Part shown: positions 1 through 7,251 of the stretch, one piece after another
Layout of the letters: each line of letters starts with the position of its first letter
Numbering within the stretch: the stretch's first letter is position 1
NCBI GenBank assembly: GCA_041660885.1
Contig: JBAZVM010000009.1
Coordinates: 1 to 37,048 of the forward strand
Direction: 5' to 3'
Length of the DNA stretch: 37,048 nt
Source of the DNA: Patescibacteria group bacterium
GTDB lineage: Bacteria; Patescibacteriota; Patescibacteriia; UBA9570; JAHJKD01
The notes under the pieces: model-generated
The model's database searches: none
Seen by the model: the letters and a program-made list of their open reading frames with translations, nothing else
Told to the model about the DNA's origin: nothing
Position numbers and translations under genes: made by a program

Positions 1-131
1 TTGGTTTCATCCATAATAATATTAAGCTGGCCGGAAAGGGCGGAAGCGTGCACTGTTTCCTGTGCCAAAGTGTTTTGAATTTGTTTGGCTTGTTTTCTCA
101 AATCTTTATACTGTTTTAATTTTTCAAACAT
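1..131 (-). CDS. partial (3' end off window) YbaB/EbfC-like nucleoid-associated protein
   Basis: This ORF is too short for the ORF track. A reverse-strand ATG at 131..129 opens MFEKLKQYKDLRKQAKQIQNTLAQETVHASALSGQLNIIMDET..., which stays open to the window edge. The N-terminal pattern MF..L...K.L.KQAKQIQ resembles the YbaB/EbfC family. It starts 26 nt downstream of the dnaB stop on the same strand. Confidence 0.45.
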   Translation of the reverse strand, partial: MFEKLKQYKDLRKQAKQIQNTLAQETVHASALSGQLNIIMDET

Positions 132-157
132 AGATGGTTGATTATTATTAATTTATT

Positions 158-1543
158 TTACTCATAAGAAGATAAGCTATCAAAGCCATGGCCTTTTTCC
201 AAAGTTTTAAAGCTGGCTTTTTCAATATCAAAGAATAATTCCACTTGTCCGGTGGGGCCGTTTCTGTGTTTGGCAATAATAATATCCGCGATATTTTTTC
301 TGTCGCTGTCTCTTTTGTAGTATTCTTCTCTGTAAATGAACATTACCACATCGGCGTCTTGCTCAATGGAACCGCTTTCGCGTAAGTGGGAGAGTTTCGG
401 AATAGGAGGGGAGGACATTTCCACGGCGCGGGATAGCTGGGAAAGCGCCAGAACAGGAACATTCAATTCACGGGCGATGCCTTTCAAGGCGCGGGATATT
501 TCGCCGATCACTTGCACGCGGTTGTCCGCGTTCGCGTCGGAGCGGCCTTCCATCAATTGCAAATAGTCGATAACGATCAAGCCCAAGCCGTGCTCCATTT
601 GCAGCCTTCTGGCTTTGGTACGGATTTCCATGATATTGGTGGTGGCCGTATCATCAATATAGATCGGCGCTTCAGAGAGAACACCCATGGCTTGGCCGAT
701 TCTGGGGAAGTCGTCGTTATCCGGGGAATCGGAAAGCTTGCCCGTGCGCATTTTCCAAAGGTCTACCCCGGCTTCGGCGCAGAGCAAGCGATCTACCAAT
801 TGGTCTTTGCTCATTTCCAAAGAAAATATGCCCACGGGAATTTTTTCCTTGGTAGCGACAGTTCTGGCGATATCTAAAGCCAAAGAAGTTTTACCCATAG
901 AAGGCCTGGAGGCGAGAATCACCAAATCTGATTTTTGTAATCCGCCCAGTTTATTATCCAAATCTTTATAACCCGTGGAAACGCCGCGCAGCTTGCCCGC
1001 TTCTTTATGGATTTCGTCTATTCTATTGAAGGCTTCGGTTAAGATATTGGATAGGGGAACAAAATTTTGGCGTAAATATTTTTGCGAAACTTGAAATAAA
1101 GCTTGCTCCGATTCATCAAGCAAAGTGTCCACTTCGTCCGTTTCTTTATAACCGAAGCTAAGAATATCATGCGCCGCTTTGATCAGGCGCCGTAGGGTGG
1201 CTTTTTTTTGCACGATGCCAGCGTAATTAACAACATTGGTGGCTGTGGGCACGGCATTGGTTAAAGAAGCCAAATAGCTCCGGCCGCCGATTTTTTCCAG
1301 CTCTTTTTTATCGGTGAGACGCGCCACTACGCTTAGCAGGTCGATCGGTTCGCGCTTGCCGTAAATTTCTTGAATCGCTTCGTAAATTATGCGGTTTTTA
1401 TCATTATAAAAATCGTCCGGTTGCAAAGAGTCGGCTATTTTTATAATGGCGTCTTTATCAATTAAAAGCGAGCCCAAAGCGGCTTGTTCCGCTTCGTCGC
1501 TGTGCGGAGGAATTTTGTTTAACGCTTCCATTTCGTTGGCCAT
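158..1543 (-). CDS. dnaB: replicative DNA helicase DnaB
   Basis: 461-aa ORF with an N-terminal DnaB domain (PPHSDEAEQAALGSLLID), a Walker A motif (ASRPSMGKTSLAL) and RecA-like C-terminal motifs (LIVIDYLQLM, ALSQLSRAVE). Confidence 0.95.
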   Translation of the reverse strand: MANEMEALNKIPPHSDEAEQAALGSLLIDKDAIIKIADSLQPDDFYNDKNRIIYEAIQEIYGKREPIDLLSVVARLTDKKELEKIGGRSYLASLTNAVPTATNVVNYAGIVQKKATLRRLIKAAHDILSFGYKETDEVDTLLDESEQALFQVSQKYLRQNFVPLSNILTEAFNRIDEIHKEAGKLRGVSTGYKDLDNKLGGLQKSDLVILASRPSMGKTSLALDIARTVATKEKIPVGIFSLEMSKDQLVDRLLCAEAGVDLWKMRTGKLSDSPDNDDFPRIGQAMGVLSEAPIYIDDTATTNIMEIRTKARRLQMEHGLGLIVIDYLQLMEGRSDANADNRVQVIGEISRALKGIARELNVPVLALSQLSRAVEMSSPPIPKLSHLRESGSIEQDADVVMFIYREEYYKRDSDRKNIADIIIAKHRNGPTGQVELFFDIEKASFKTLEKGHGFDSLSSYE

Positions 1544-1625
1544 AGGTTATAATATCTTAACTTTTTTTTCGCTGTTTGCCAATAGCGGTAATTAGCAGTT
1601 TTTACCCAATTTTTTCCCCTTTTTT

Positions 1626-2525
1626 GTGGATATAAATACGAACAAAAAAAGTACTGGAACCATTGATATAGCATTAATGGGATGTTATACTGAAAATATG
1701 TTAATTGACCAATTTAATAATTTTTTGCAGGAAGCCAGTAAGTGGCCCGCTTCTTTTTGGGGTCATAAATTATACTCGGCCAGAAAATCGTTTATTTTGC
1801 AACTCGATGAAATGAAATTGTCCTTCAAACAAAAAGACAGCGCGGCTTATTCCTTACTGGAATCTCTGATTACTACGCTTAATCAGCCGTTAAATGAATT
1901 ATCGCTGGCCGAAAAAATGCTAGAATTATCCGCAGTTTTAGAACAGAGCGAAAAAAAAGACGCTAAGCTCGCATTATTCTCTGAACTGGCCAATAAATTT
2001 TTAAAACGAGCGCGGTTATTCGATACTTACCAAAAAAAAAGAGCCCAATTGACCATAGATGCAAAACAGAAAAAAGAATACGACCAGCGCTTATTCGCCA
2101 ACGAGGGCGTTTTTTATTGTTTGGAGTATTACTTGGCGGTTTTTAAACAAATGACGGATTTAAAAACTCCCGAGGAAAAGAAGTTTTTTATAGAAGATAA
2201 AGAAATTGATTTGGGCTTTGGCCGCCTTTCAGGATTAAAAGAGGATTTTAATAAAGACGAGATTTTAGAAAAATTCATTCTTCTTATTTTAGATAATACT
2301 GTTAGAGAACATATATTGACAAGTTATTACGCTTGTCGTAACGCGGCCGTAGGTGAAAATTTGGATATTTCGAAATTTGAAAAGGTTTACAAGAAATTCA
2401 TCTATTATTTACTGCTGGCTTTTAAAGAAAACGGGGTAGAAAAGTTATCTAGCCACTTTTTTAAGCCGTACGGCGACCAGCTGGCACTCTCCGATCTTAT
2501 AATTATCTTTGAGTCATATGAATGA
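1626..2525 (+). CDS. hypothetical protein, helical, Lys/Glu-rich, no recognisable domain
   Basis: 299-aa ORF with a GTG start in the track; a later in-frame ATG start is possible. No signal peptide or TM segment is visible. Its stop overlaps the ATG of the next ORF (ATGAATGA), so the two are translationally coupled. Confidence 0.65.
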   Translation: MDINTNKKSTGTIDIALMGCYTENMLIDQFNNFLQEASKWPASFWGHKLYSARKSFILQLDEMKLSFKQKDSAAYSLLESLITTLNQPLNELSLAEKMLELSAVLEQSEKKDAKLALFSELANKFLKRARLFDTYQKKRAQLTIDAKQKKEYDQRLFANEGVFYCLEYYLAVFKQMTDLKTPEEKKFFIEDKEIDLGFGRLSGLKEDFNKDEILEKFILLILDNTVREHILTSYYACRNAAVGENLDISKFEKVYKKFIYYLLLAFKENGVEKLSSHFFKPYGDQLALSDLIIIFESYE

Positions 2526-4599
2526 TCAAAGATTAGAAACCGGCATCAAACCGCCTGAGCAACAACATGAATCTCAACCAACAACACCCAGCGCCCAAGA
2601 GATTTTAGGTTCGCTAGAGTTGGCAGTTGATTTCCTTCAGGGAGTGCCGGAAAAAGAAAGATCCCAAAGCATTCGTGAATTAATGGCGCAATCCGCAGGA
2701 TTTAGGGAAAAAGAGCTCGTCGCTCTGGTGGCTGAACAACAGTCGCTTTATACCGATTTAATAAGCAAAGGCATTGATGGTTATTTAGAATTACGGAAAA
2801 AAATAATTGAGGATGTAGAGTTGTCGGATAAAGAAAAAAGAGAAAAGACGGAACATTTGAATAGTTCTTACCGCCGAGCCCAGCAATTAAGGCAGATGGT
2901 GCGCGCCAAAGCTTTGCAGGAACTGCTGGCCAACTTAACCAACCCTTATTTGCAAAGCGCTGAAGCGCGGCAAGCATATAATTACGACCCTGGCTTTGAA
3001 ACGGCTACTTCTTTAGTGGACTATGACAAAGGGGAATACAAAAGCAATTGGGACCCGGCGGTGCATTTTAGCGAAAAATTAGCAAAGTTTTTATCCGAAC
3101 AGGATATCAGGGAAATCAGAAAATTTCTGGAAAATTTTTTCAACCAACAATTTCGCGTTGAAAAAAAATTGGATTCAGTGCGCCAGCAATTAAACAGAGA
3201 TATTGATACCGAAGGTTACGATCCACGGGCGGCCGAAATTATTTTATCTGAATTTGGAATACTTCCCAAAGGATTAAAACTTGACCAATATACCAGGGTT
3301 GTCTGTGGTTCCAACACTATTTCTGTTATTTTAAGCAATGATGATTATGGGCCGGTGCGAGGTCTGGATGAAAAAAAAGTCTCCAGCCGTGGTGTGTATT
3401 ATCCTGGTACGGTATTGAACTGCGTAAAGGCTCACGGAGAAGTATCTGGTTCGATCAGCCATGAAAATGAGCACGCGTTAAATGATATTCTCTTGGGTTT
3501 ACATAGAACGGAAATTAAAGATGACATGCGATTTTTCGTTGCCTCATATGACGCGCGAAAAGAATATAGCGAACAAGAGCTGAAAGATATTTATCAGCAG
3601 ATAATAGAAAGTATGGTTATGATCAGTTCTGGCGATACTACTTTCATGGATGATTTCGCAAATGAAGTGTTATCCTTCAAATTAGGCACTAAAGAGAAGA
3701 CAAATGAAGACATTTTAAATACCTTAAATAATGAGGAATTGTACCTTGATTTAAATATAACAGATAATAACATACCCTCAGATTTGATTGCTGCTATTAT
3801 TGCTGTATGCATTAGAGATATTTTCATGCCTTATGTACGATTTGATTCACAGCGGGGTTTAATAGCTGAGACGCGGGATCAACCTGATCTTTTTTCTTCT
3901 CGCATAACTGAATTTTTATCTGCCAAGGTAGAAATGGGTTTAGACGACACGGTAAAAAAAATATTAAATCGAGATAAGGTATTTGCCATGAGAAAAAAAG
4001 TGGTGGAACAGGTGGATAGGTTAATTAATGCTAACGTTCCGCCGGAAAAAATAAGGGCGCTTTTAAGCGCCAATAACCCCATGTTATGGGAGGAAATCAC
4101 GGATCGCGCCTTGGCCAAGGAAGACATTTTAACGGAAGATGAGAATCGGCTCAGGAATTTATCTGCAATACAAGCTCGGGAAACATTGTCTCATGCTAAA
4201 AGAATAACCGAATTCGAAGAAAGACAATTTGAAGCTGTTGATAAAATACCGGATGAAGAAAAAAAGAATTTTGAAGATATTACTGCCGCCATTAGCGAAT
4301 TTACCGTAGATGGCTACAAAATAGCAAGAGACGGTTTTTATAAAGATCAAAATAGTAAAGGATATGTATGTAGTTTGAGAAAAATAAAAGACAATAATTC
4401 TTACAACATAAGCATTTCTCAATTTATTGAATATAATCCGGAATCTGGAAAAGAAACATTTTGGCAGGAAGCGACAATCAGAGTCGGTAATAATAAGCGC
4501 ACCGTTTCAAAAGATTTACGTTCAAGCGATAATGGCCAGCTTACGGCCGACAGCATAAAAGCGTCTGTCAGAGAAGTGGAAGAAGAGCTGGGTGTATAA
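2518..4599 (+). CDS. hypothetical large soluble protein with an HExxH (zincin-like) motif and coiled-coil-rich flanks
   Basis: The long ORF is given in the track from TTG 2509. ATG 2518 is preferred because it overlaps the upstream stop. HENEH is encoded at nt 3460-3474 within ...GEVSGSISHENEHALNDILLG.... The N-terminus is Pro/Gln-rich, and no signal peptide or TM segment is visible. Confidence 0.75.
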   Translation: MNDQRLETGIKPPEQQHESQPTTPSAQEILGSLELAVDFLQGVPEKERSQSIRELMAQSAGFREKELVALVAEQQSLYTDLISKGIDGYLELRKKIIEDVELSDKEKREKTEHLNSSYRRAQQLRQMVRAKALQELLANLTNPYLQSAEARQAYNYDPGFETATSLVDYDKGEYKSNWDPAVHFSEKLAKFLSEQDIREIRKFLENFFNQQFRVEKKLDSVRQQLNRDIDTEGYDPRAAEIILSEFGILPKGLKLDQYTRVVCGSNTISVILSNDDYGPVRGLDEKKVSSRGVYYPGTVLNCVKAHGEVSGSISHENEHALNDILLGLHRTEIKDDMRFFVASYDARKEYSEQELKDIYQQIIESMVMISSGDTTFMDDFANEVLSFKLGTKEKTNEDILNTLNNEELYLDLNITDNNIPSDLIAAIIAVCIRDIFMPYVRFDSQRGLIAETRDQPDLFSSRITEFLSAKVEMGLDDTVKKILNRDKVFAMRKKVVEQVDRLINANVPPEKIRALLSANNPMLWEEITDRALAKEDILTEDENRLRNLSAIQARETLSHAKRITEFEERQFEAVDKIPDEEKKNFEDITAAISEFTVDGYKIARDGFYKDQNSKGYVCSLRKIKDNNSYNISISQFIEYNPESGKETFWQEATIRVGNNKRTVSKDLRSSDNGQLTADSIKASVREVEEELGV

Positions 4600-4653
4600 A
4601 AATAACCTTTATAGAAGGGCTATAGCCTTGAGCGACCGAAGGGAGTCGAAAGG

Positions 4654-4726
4654 TGGGGTGTACAGGAGTTGAACCTGTGACCTTCTCCTTAAAAGGGAGC
4701 TGCTCTACCAACTGAGCTAACACCCC
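4654..4726 (-). tRNA. tRNA-Lys (anticodon UUU)
   Basis: The reverse complement GGGGTGTTAGCTCAGTTGGTAGAGCAGCTCCCTTTTAAGGAGAAGGTCACAGGTTCAACTCCTGTACACCCCA folds by hand into a 73-nt cloverleaf. It has a perfect 7-bp acceptor stem, a GCTC/GAGC D stem, the anticodon loop CTTTTAA, an ACAGG/CCTGT T stem with a TTCAACT loop, and discriminator A. CCA is not encoded. Confidence 0.9.
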
Positions 4727-4780
4727 ATTCAAATATGGGGTTTTTTTAAATTAAAATGGCCTTGTAAAAAGACCTTTTTT

Positions 4781-4809
4781 ATTGTATATATTAAAGAACA
4801 AATTGTCAA
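4781..4809 (-). promoter_or_regulatory. sigma70-like promoter for tRNA-Lys
   Basis: The minus strand reads TTGACA (4809..4804), a 17-nt spacer, then TACAAT (4786..4781), about 50 nt upstream of the mature tRNA 5' end. Confidence 0.4.
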
Positions 4810-4824
4810 TAATCAGGCCAAGAT

Positions 4825-5958
4825 ATGAAAGTTTATTTCTATACGCTGGGTTGCCGCTTAAACCAAGCGGAAACCGACAGCTACCAAGAGGCTTTAGCCA
4901 AAAAAGGGTTCGCTATCACAATCGATAATAGTGATTTTGATATTGCCGTAGTTAATACCTGCGCGGTAACGCACAAAGCCGACCGTGAAGCCCGGCAAAG
5001 CATCCGTAAAATCAAGCGCCAATGCCCGAAAGCGAAAATTGTCATGACCGGCTGTTCCAGCGAGAAATTAGAAGAGGTTGATTATTATATTAAAGATAAA
5101 GAAAATTTTGTAAAAGAGTTCATAAAAATATTTCCGAAATCCGATCATCTTCATTCGCATCAAATAAAAGAAAAAGTTAAAGTGAGGGCTAACATTAAAA
5201 TTCAAACGGGTTGCGATAATCATTGCACCTATTGCTATACGCGTATTCCACGTGGACGGTCCCGCAGTTTTTCCCCAAATGATATCATTCGGCAAATAAA
5301 AAATAAAGAGAAACAAGGCGTTAAAGAAGTAATCTTGACAGGAGTAAATATCGGGCAATATTCCTCTCTTATTGGTTTAATTAAAAATATTTTAAAAGAA
5401 ACGAATATTCCAAGAATAAGATTATCTTCCATAAATCCGGAATATGTTTATGACAATAAAGAATTTAAGAACCTTTTCAAAAATCCGCGCGTATGCCAGC
5501 ACCTGCATCTTTCTTTGCAATCGGGCTCCGACGCCATATTAAAAAAAATGAATCGTCACTACACAAGCGCGCAATATTTAAAAATCGTGCGCGATTATTA
5601 TAAAGCTTACCCGTTATTCGGATTCACCACCGATGTTATCATAGGCTTTCCCGGTGAAACGGAAAAAGATTTCAAGCAAACCTGCGCTTTGGTAAAAAAG
5701 TGCGGCTTTTTAAAGATCCACATTTTTCGCTATTCCAAGCGCCAAGGCACCCCGGCCGCTAAAATGCCTCATCAAGTACCGGAAAATATAAAAAAGCAGC
5801 GTTTAAATATTTTGGAAAAAATAAATCAGGATTTGCAAAAAAAGTTCCGCAAGAAAATGAAGGGGAAGAAGCTGGATGTTTTGTTTGAGGGGAAAGTAGG
5901 GGATTATTTGGTCGGCCATGCGGGGAATTATTTATTTGTTAAGAAAAAATATTTATAG
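4825..5958 (+). CDS. mtaB: radical-SAM methylthiotransferase, MtaB-like (tRNA t6A37 methylthiotransferase family)
   Basis: The N-terminal MTTase domain reads YTLGCRLNQAETD...NTCAVT...TGC. The radical-SAM cluster motif is CDNHCTYC. The C-terminal TRAM-like tail is short. Confidence 0.8.
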   Translation: MKVYFYTLGCRLNQAETDSYQEALAKKGFAITIDNSDFDIAVVNTCAVTHKADREARQSIRKIKRQCPKAKIVMTGCSSEKLEEVDYYIKDKENFVKEFIKIFPKSDHLHSHQIKEKVKVRANIKIQTGCDNHCTYCYTRIPRGRSRSFSPNDIIRQIKNKEKQGVKEVILTGVNIGQYSSLIGLIKNILKETNIPRIRLSSINPEYVYDNKEFKNLFKNPRVCQHLHLSLQSGSDAILKKMNRHYTSAQYLKIVRDYYKAYPLFGFTTDVIIGFPGETEKDFKQTCALVKKCGFLKIHIFRYSKRQGTPAAKMPHQVPENIKKQRLNILEKINQDLQKKFRKKMKGKKLDVLFEGKVGDYLVGHAGNYLFVKKKYL

Positions 5959-5960
5959 AC

Positions 5961-5989
5961 TTTACAATATTATCGTTATTATTTATACT
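5961..5989 (+). promoter_or_regulatory. sigma70-like promoter upstream of the AdoMetDC-like gene
   Basis: TTTACA (5961-5966), a 17-nt spacer, then TATACT (5984-5989). Confidence 0.35.
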
Positions 5990-6024
5990 GTTCGCGGAAT
6001 AAAAAATTAATAATAATAAAAAAT

Positions 6025-6435
6025 ATGGAATTAAAAGAAGGCAGAATGGATTACGAGGTAATAAAGAAGGAGTTTGCAGAACACAAAATGTGGGGGCTAT
6101 CTACCTCTATAGATTTGTATGATTGCGACCATGAAACTATTAGCAATGCGGAAAAAATAAAACAATTTGTGGTCGAGGTCTGCGATAAAATTAAAGTGAA
6201 GCGTTTTGGTGAACCAACAGTCGTAAAATTCGGTGCTGATCCAAAAGTAAGCGGATATTCTATGACACAGTTAATCGAATCTTCTTTGGTGTCTGGCCAT
6301 TTTGCGGAAACATCAAACGCCGCATATTTGGATATTTTTAGTTGCGCTCCATACGATGCTAATGCGTTGATGGATTACGCTAAAGAATTTTTCAAAGCGC
6401 AGAAATGCAATTCGAAAATTCAGTATAGATATTAA
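6025..6435 (+). CDS. speD: S-adenosylmethionine decarboxylase proenzyme family (small pyruvoyl-dependent, SpeD/SpeH type)
   Basis: It aligns by eye to Bacillus-type SpeD. Matching segments are DLYDCD, VSGYSMTQLIES-SLVSGHFAE (the Glu-Ser self-cleavage site followed by H..(W/F)PE-like GHFAE) and DIFSCA. An alternative start lies at the internal Met (MDYEV). Confidence 0.65.
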   Translation: MELKEGRMDYEVIKKEFAEHKMWGLSTSIDLYDCDHETISNAEKIKQFVVEVCDKIKVKRFGEPTVVKFGADPKVSGYSMTQLIESSLVSGHFAETSNAAYLDIFSCAPYDANALMDYAKEFFKAQKCNSKIQYRY

Positions 6436-6461
6436 TTACACCAATAATATTCTTATAATAA

Positions 6462-6489
6462 ATAAAGGCGCATTATATTGCGCCTTTAT
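6462..6489. terminator. hairpin terminator between convergent genes
   Basis: ATAAAGGCGC (6462-6471) pairs with GCGCCTTTAT (6480-6489) around an 8-nt loop, in an A/T-rich context on both sides. Confidence 0.55.
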
Positions 6490-6514
6490 TAGTATTGAAA
6501 AAAATAATTTATTT

Positions 6515-6567
6515 GGGAACCCGGTCTGTCACGCAGTTGTAGCGAGCGTGACTTTCCGGGGGTTCCC
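6515..6567 (-). terminator. GC-rich compound hairpin immediately 3' of the GC-rich ORF
   Basis: GGGAACCCGG...GTCACGC / GCGTGAC...CCGGGGGTTCCC form nested inverted repeats. On the minus strand they are followed by AAATAAATTATTTTTTT. The hairpin begins 6 nt after the stop codon at 6573-6575. Confidence 0.5.
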
Positions 6568-6572
6568 TCCTG

Positions 6573-7148
6573 TCATCCGATGGGGCGTCCCACGTAGTAG
6601 TCCTGCGACCCCACCTGCCGTGCGCGGATGTTCGCACGACGGATGCGCCACATGATGAGGTACGCGATCATTTTTTTCTTGTTCGGAATGTCGAACGCGC
6701 AGCCGTGGCGCGGCCAGCGCGTCGTGACCTCCTTGATCACGTGGTCGATGAAGTGGACGAAGTAATCCAGCCCTCGGTACTTCTTGTAGATCATGAGCAC
6801 CGTGAGGTAAACCGTGTCGTTCGGGAAGAAGGTCGGGGAGACCCAGGGGGCCTTTCCCATGTAGCCCGGCTTGGCCACGACGGCGAAGCCGGCGGGCAAG
6901 CCGTGCACGTAGAAGACGAACTTGATGAGGTCCTGATCGCAGCACGCGGCCGCGAAGGTGTCCTCCTCGTAGTTCATCTGATCGTGCGGGCAGTGTCCCC
7001 GTGACTTCCCGAAAAACTCGCTGTACTCGCTCCACATCTCGGGGACGAGGTCCTGGGGGACGACCTCAAACCCTTCGATGGACAAACCTTCACTCGCCTT
7101 CGCATTGTTGAAGAGAATGTAAGCCAGGAAACGCGCGTACGTACGCAT
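6573..7148 (-). CDS. GC-rich foreign ORF, possible GNAT-fold acyltransferase
   Basis: 191-aa ORF preceded by GAGGAA 6 nt upstream of the ATG. A hand count gives 40/60 G+C at 6601-6660 against 14/60 at 7261-7320. The pattern FVFYVHGLPAGFAVVA ... VYLTVLMIYKKYRGLDYFVHFIDHVIKEV resembles GNAT beta4-alpha3. This functional call is weak. Confidence 0.7.
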   Translation of the reverse strand: MRTYARFLAYILFNNAKASEGLSIEGFEVVPQDLVPEMWSEYSEFFGKSRGHCPHDQMNYEEDTFAAACCDQDLIKFVFYVHGLPAGFAVVAKPGYMGKAPWVSPTFFPNDTVYLTVLMIYKKYRGLDYFVHFIDHVIKEVTTRWPRHGCAFDIPNKKKMIAYLIMWRIRRANIRARQVGSQDYYVGRPIG

Positions 7149-7190
7149 TTAGTTCCTCGTTTGTTGAGCAACTTGATCCACAATTGGCGC

Positions 7191-7241
7191 CTTGCCGAAT
7201 TGGGATCGTTACCTTATAATAGAAATACACTAAAAAGTCAA
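7191..7241. promoter_or_regulatory. divergent promoter region (GC-rich ORF leftward, histidine kinase rightward)
   Basis: The minus strand reads TTGACT (7241..7236), 17 nt, TATAAG (7218..7213). The plus strand reads TTGCCG (7191-7196), 18 nt, TATAAT (7215-7220). The quasi-palindrome CAATTGGCGCCTTGCCGAATTG lies just upstream. Confidence 0.35.
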
Positions 7242-7251
7242 GCCTTTAACT

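Noticed and set aside
4614-4653. Near-palindrome AAGGGCTATAGCCTT and hairpin CGACCGAAGGGAGTCG between the HExxH gene and the tRNA as att-like or regulatory sites
   Set aside because: They are most simply weak terminators or processing hairpins for the two convergent transcripts. No matching direct repeat was found elsewhere in the window.
6529-7183. Additional long ORFs in other frames (6529..7035 -, 6705..7004 +, 6974..7183 -) overlapping the GC-rich gene
   Set aside because: Their Arg/Gly/Pro/Ala-rich, low-information translations are typical of off-frame reading through high-GC coding DNA. Only 6573..7148 has an SD sequence, a sensible composition and a terminator.
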